DNA of 63,195 nt, the filler included, from Squatina squatina (taxonomy: Eukaryota): the NCBI GenBank assembly GCA_031763465.1. It is 4 parts of 4 records of this genome, joined end to end, with 100 filler letters (N's around TTAATTAATTAA, not from the genome) between each part and the next. Parts side by side here need not be neighbours in the genome. Positions count along the whole stretch, not along the records: positions 49,347 to 63,195 come from JARFOE010000004.1; 3 more parts are not named here. One strand, 5' to 3'. Of the stretch, positions 61,176-63,195 are shown piece by piece (position 1 is the stretch's first letter; every line of letters begins with the position of its first letter). The notes below the pieces were generated by a model that was not told the DNA's origin, made no database searches, and saw only the letters and a program-made list of their open reading frames with translations. The position numbers and the translations under genes are program-made.

Positions 61176-63195
61176 AACACTGCACATGTTTCACCCAACG
61201 GGAATGCAGAGGTAGGATGTCATAGATACAAGCCTGTGTCTTACCACTTTGATTCATGAGCTTTGAGTATCAACCTTTAACTGCACTTTCGCATATTTGT
61301 ACAAATAATTGTACTCTTCTATGACACTGACATTTCCTTGAAGTATCAAAATATATTTTTTATAAGATTATTAAAATTGGCTGAATTACAATTGGCTCAG
61401 TTCAACATAACTGAGAATACACTGTTAAAATAACTGTGACTAGTAATGGATAGAATTTACATCCAAAAAATGAAGCTGATGTATTCTTCTGTTTTGACGA
61501 GGCTTTATTCATTTAATTCATGTCTGCTGACAATGTAAAATTAACCCCAATGTCACTTAATAGTCTCAGACAAAAAAAAACACACACAAATGTTAGACTA
61601 TACTGCTTTTTATAGCACCATTATTACCAAGCCTTGCCAGAAAAATTATATTGCAAGCCTGAGTTTGAANNNNNNNNNNNNNNNNNNNNNNNNNNNNNNN
61701 NNNNNNNNNNNNNNNNNNNNNNNNNNNNNNNNNNNNNNNNNNNNNNNNNNNNNNNNNNNNNNNNNNNNNATTTAGTCCCAATGAAGATAATGAGATATTT
61801 ATACATTCAGCAAACTGTTTCCTTCATGGTGCTTGCATTTAAGTGGAGTAGCTTATATACCATTTTTCTTTGAAACAGATGTCAAAATTACAGACTTTTT
61901 TTGTAAACGGTCATGAATTTTAAATTGCTTTATTTCCTTTGTAATTAAAGAAGCAGACGGTGACTCTTGATCCCATGTTTGAAGTGGCTCATTTCAACAA
62001 CTGAGTGACTGATAGGGAATTGTTCAGGGTGTTTGAATATTCACAGATACAACGTGTTATTTTTGTGCCGATTGGATTGTGAGAATTGTGTTGAGCTTCA
62101 CATTTGAATAATAGAAAATATTCATATTTTATTATGCAACACTTGTTCATTGCATATTCGAAATGCAACTTCATTAAGTTACTCTTTAAATCAGTTTTGA
62201 AAAAGAAATTAAAGGATTAAAGTAGGAGTTTGCCTCACTTCTAATGTTCTCTGTTGCTTTAGCAAATAGGAAGCACAGTCTCAAATCGCTGACCATGTAT
62301 TCATTTTACAAGCAACTAAAAAACTATTTTTCAAAATGACAAAGACTATTATATTCCTACAGAAACAGTGCTTAAAAAGGGTAACTGACCCATTGTGAAC
62401 ATTTCCTGATACACATACTTTTATATTTCGATCTAGCCGTATTTAGCAAANNNNNNNNNNNNNNNNNNNNNNNNNNNNNNNNNNNNNNNNNNNNNNNNNN
62501 NNNNNNNNNNNNNNNNNNNNNNNNNNNNNNNNNNNNNNNNNNNNNNNNNNCCCATCTCAGTCTTCACTTAACTTCTTGTGGACCGCCAGGATTTCTGCGT
62601 CATGTCCAGGTTTCCAACAGAGAGTTCCTTTCCGGCGTAGGGAAGAGACCAAACTCGGGCAAATCATGCATCAGTGTCCAGCACCCAAAATGACTGTAAA
62701 GAAGCCCCAGTTATTCTATGGTTAGGGTGCTGAAACTATGCAGGAAAGAAACTCTGCATTCTCACAGGAAAACATTTTCCAGTTTGTTTTTCAGGGTTGC
62801 AGGAAGGGGGACCCATTTAAAACAGGCAGTGTCAGTTTCAACCAACCATTCTCAAGCTAGCTACATTAGCAGTCTGCCTAATGAGGAAAGGTTGGCCAAA
62901 CTGCCAATTCAGAAGTCTTGTATACCAGTCAGGTATTTGGAGCTTAGATGTGCCAAAATGCGATGACTGGCAGCTTAAGGGTTAACAATCGTAGCTGATG
63001 ATAGTCAGCAATACACAGGAACGTTTCTGATCAGCAATGATTAATAATGATACCAGAGGTAATGCAGCAACAAGTTTCACCCTACTATACTGTCAACCCT
63101 CATCCTAATCAGCCTTTAAAATTTAGGTTGTTAGAACTGATTCTTTGAATCATTCATAATTGCATGGTGAAGTGCTCAAAATGCTGCAGAATAAA

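Noticed and set aside
60226-61198. Long ORFs of 266-303 aa, and other X-rich ORFs
   Set aside because: They run through N gaps and are artefacts.

Overview
Eukaryotic draft-assembly DNA, most likely a cartilaginous fish (inferred from the repeat content and protein divergence). It consists of short contigs separated by 100-N gaps. Four unrelated scaffolds are concatenated with artificial N44-TTAATTAATTAA-N44 spacers (20540-20639, 34154-34253, 49247-49346). Scaffold 1 (1-20539) carries three MDGA2 exons (+). Between them, on the opposite strand, lies a 184-nt exon (15767-15950) encoding signal peptide + propeptide + B-chain of an insulin-superfamily hormone that matches none of the vertebrate insulin/IGF/relaxin B-chains I can recall; this is the most interesting feature, and its A-chain exon is not in the sequenced part. 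Scaffold 2 (20640-34153) has no recognisable host exons, only transposon relics and enhancer-like blocks. Scaffold 3 (34254-49246) holds HEY1 (+), whose normally single last exon is split by about 0.9 kb of foreign sequence plus a gap, and the last exon of convergent STMN2 (-). Scaffold 4 (49347-63195) holds the complete FOXO3 CDS (-, 666 aa), its CpG-island promoter and two AFG1L/LACE1 exons (-). Gene and repeat names come from recalled homologue sequences, not database searches.
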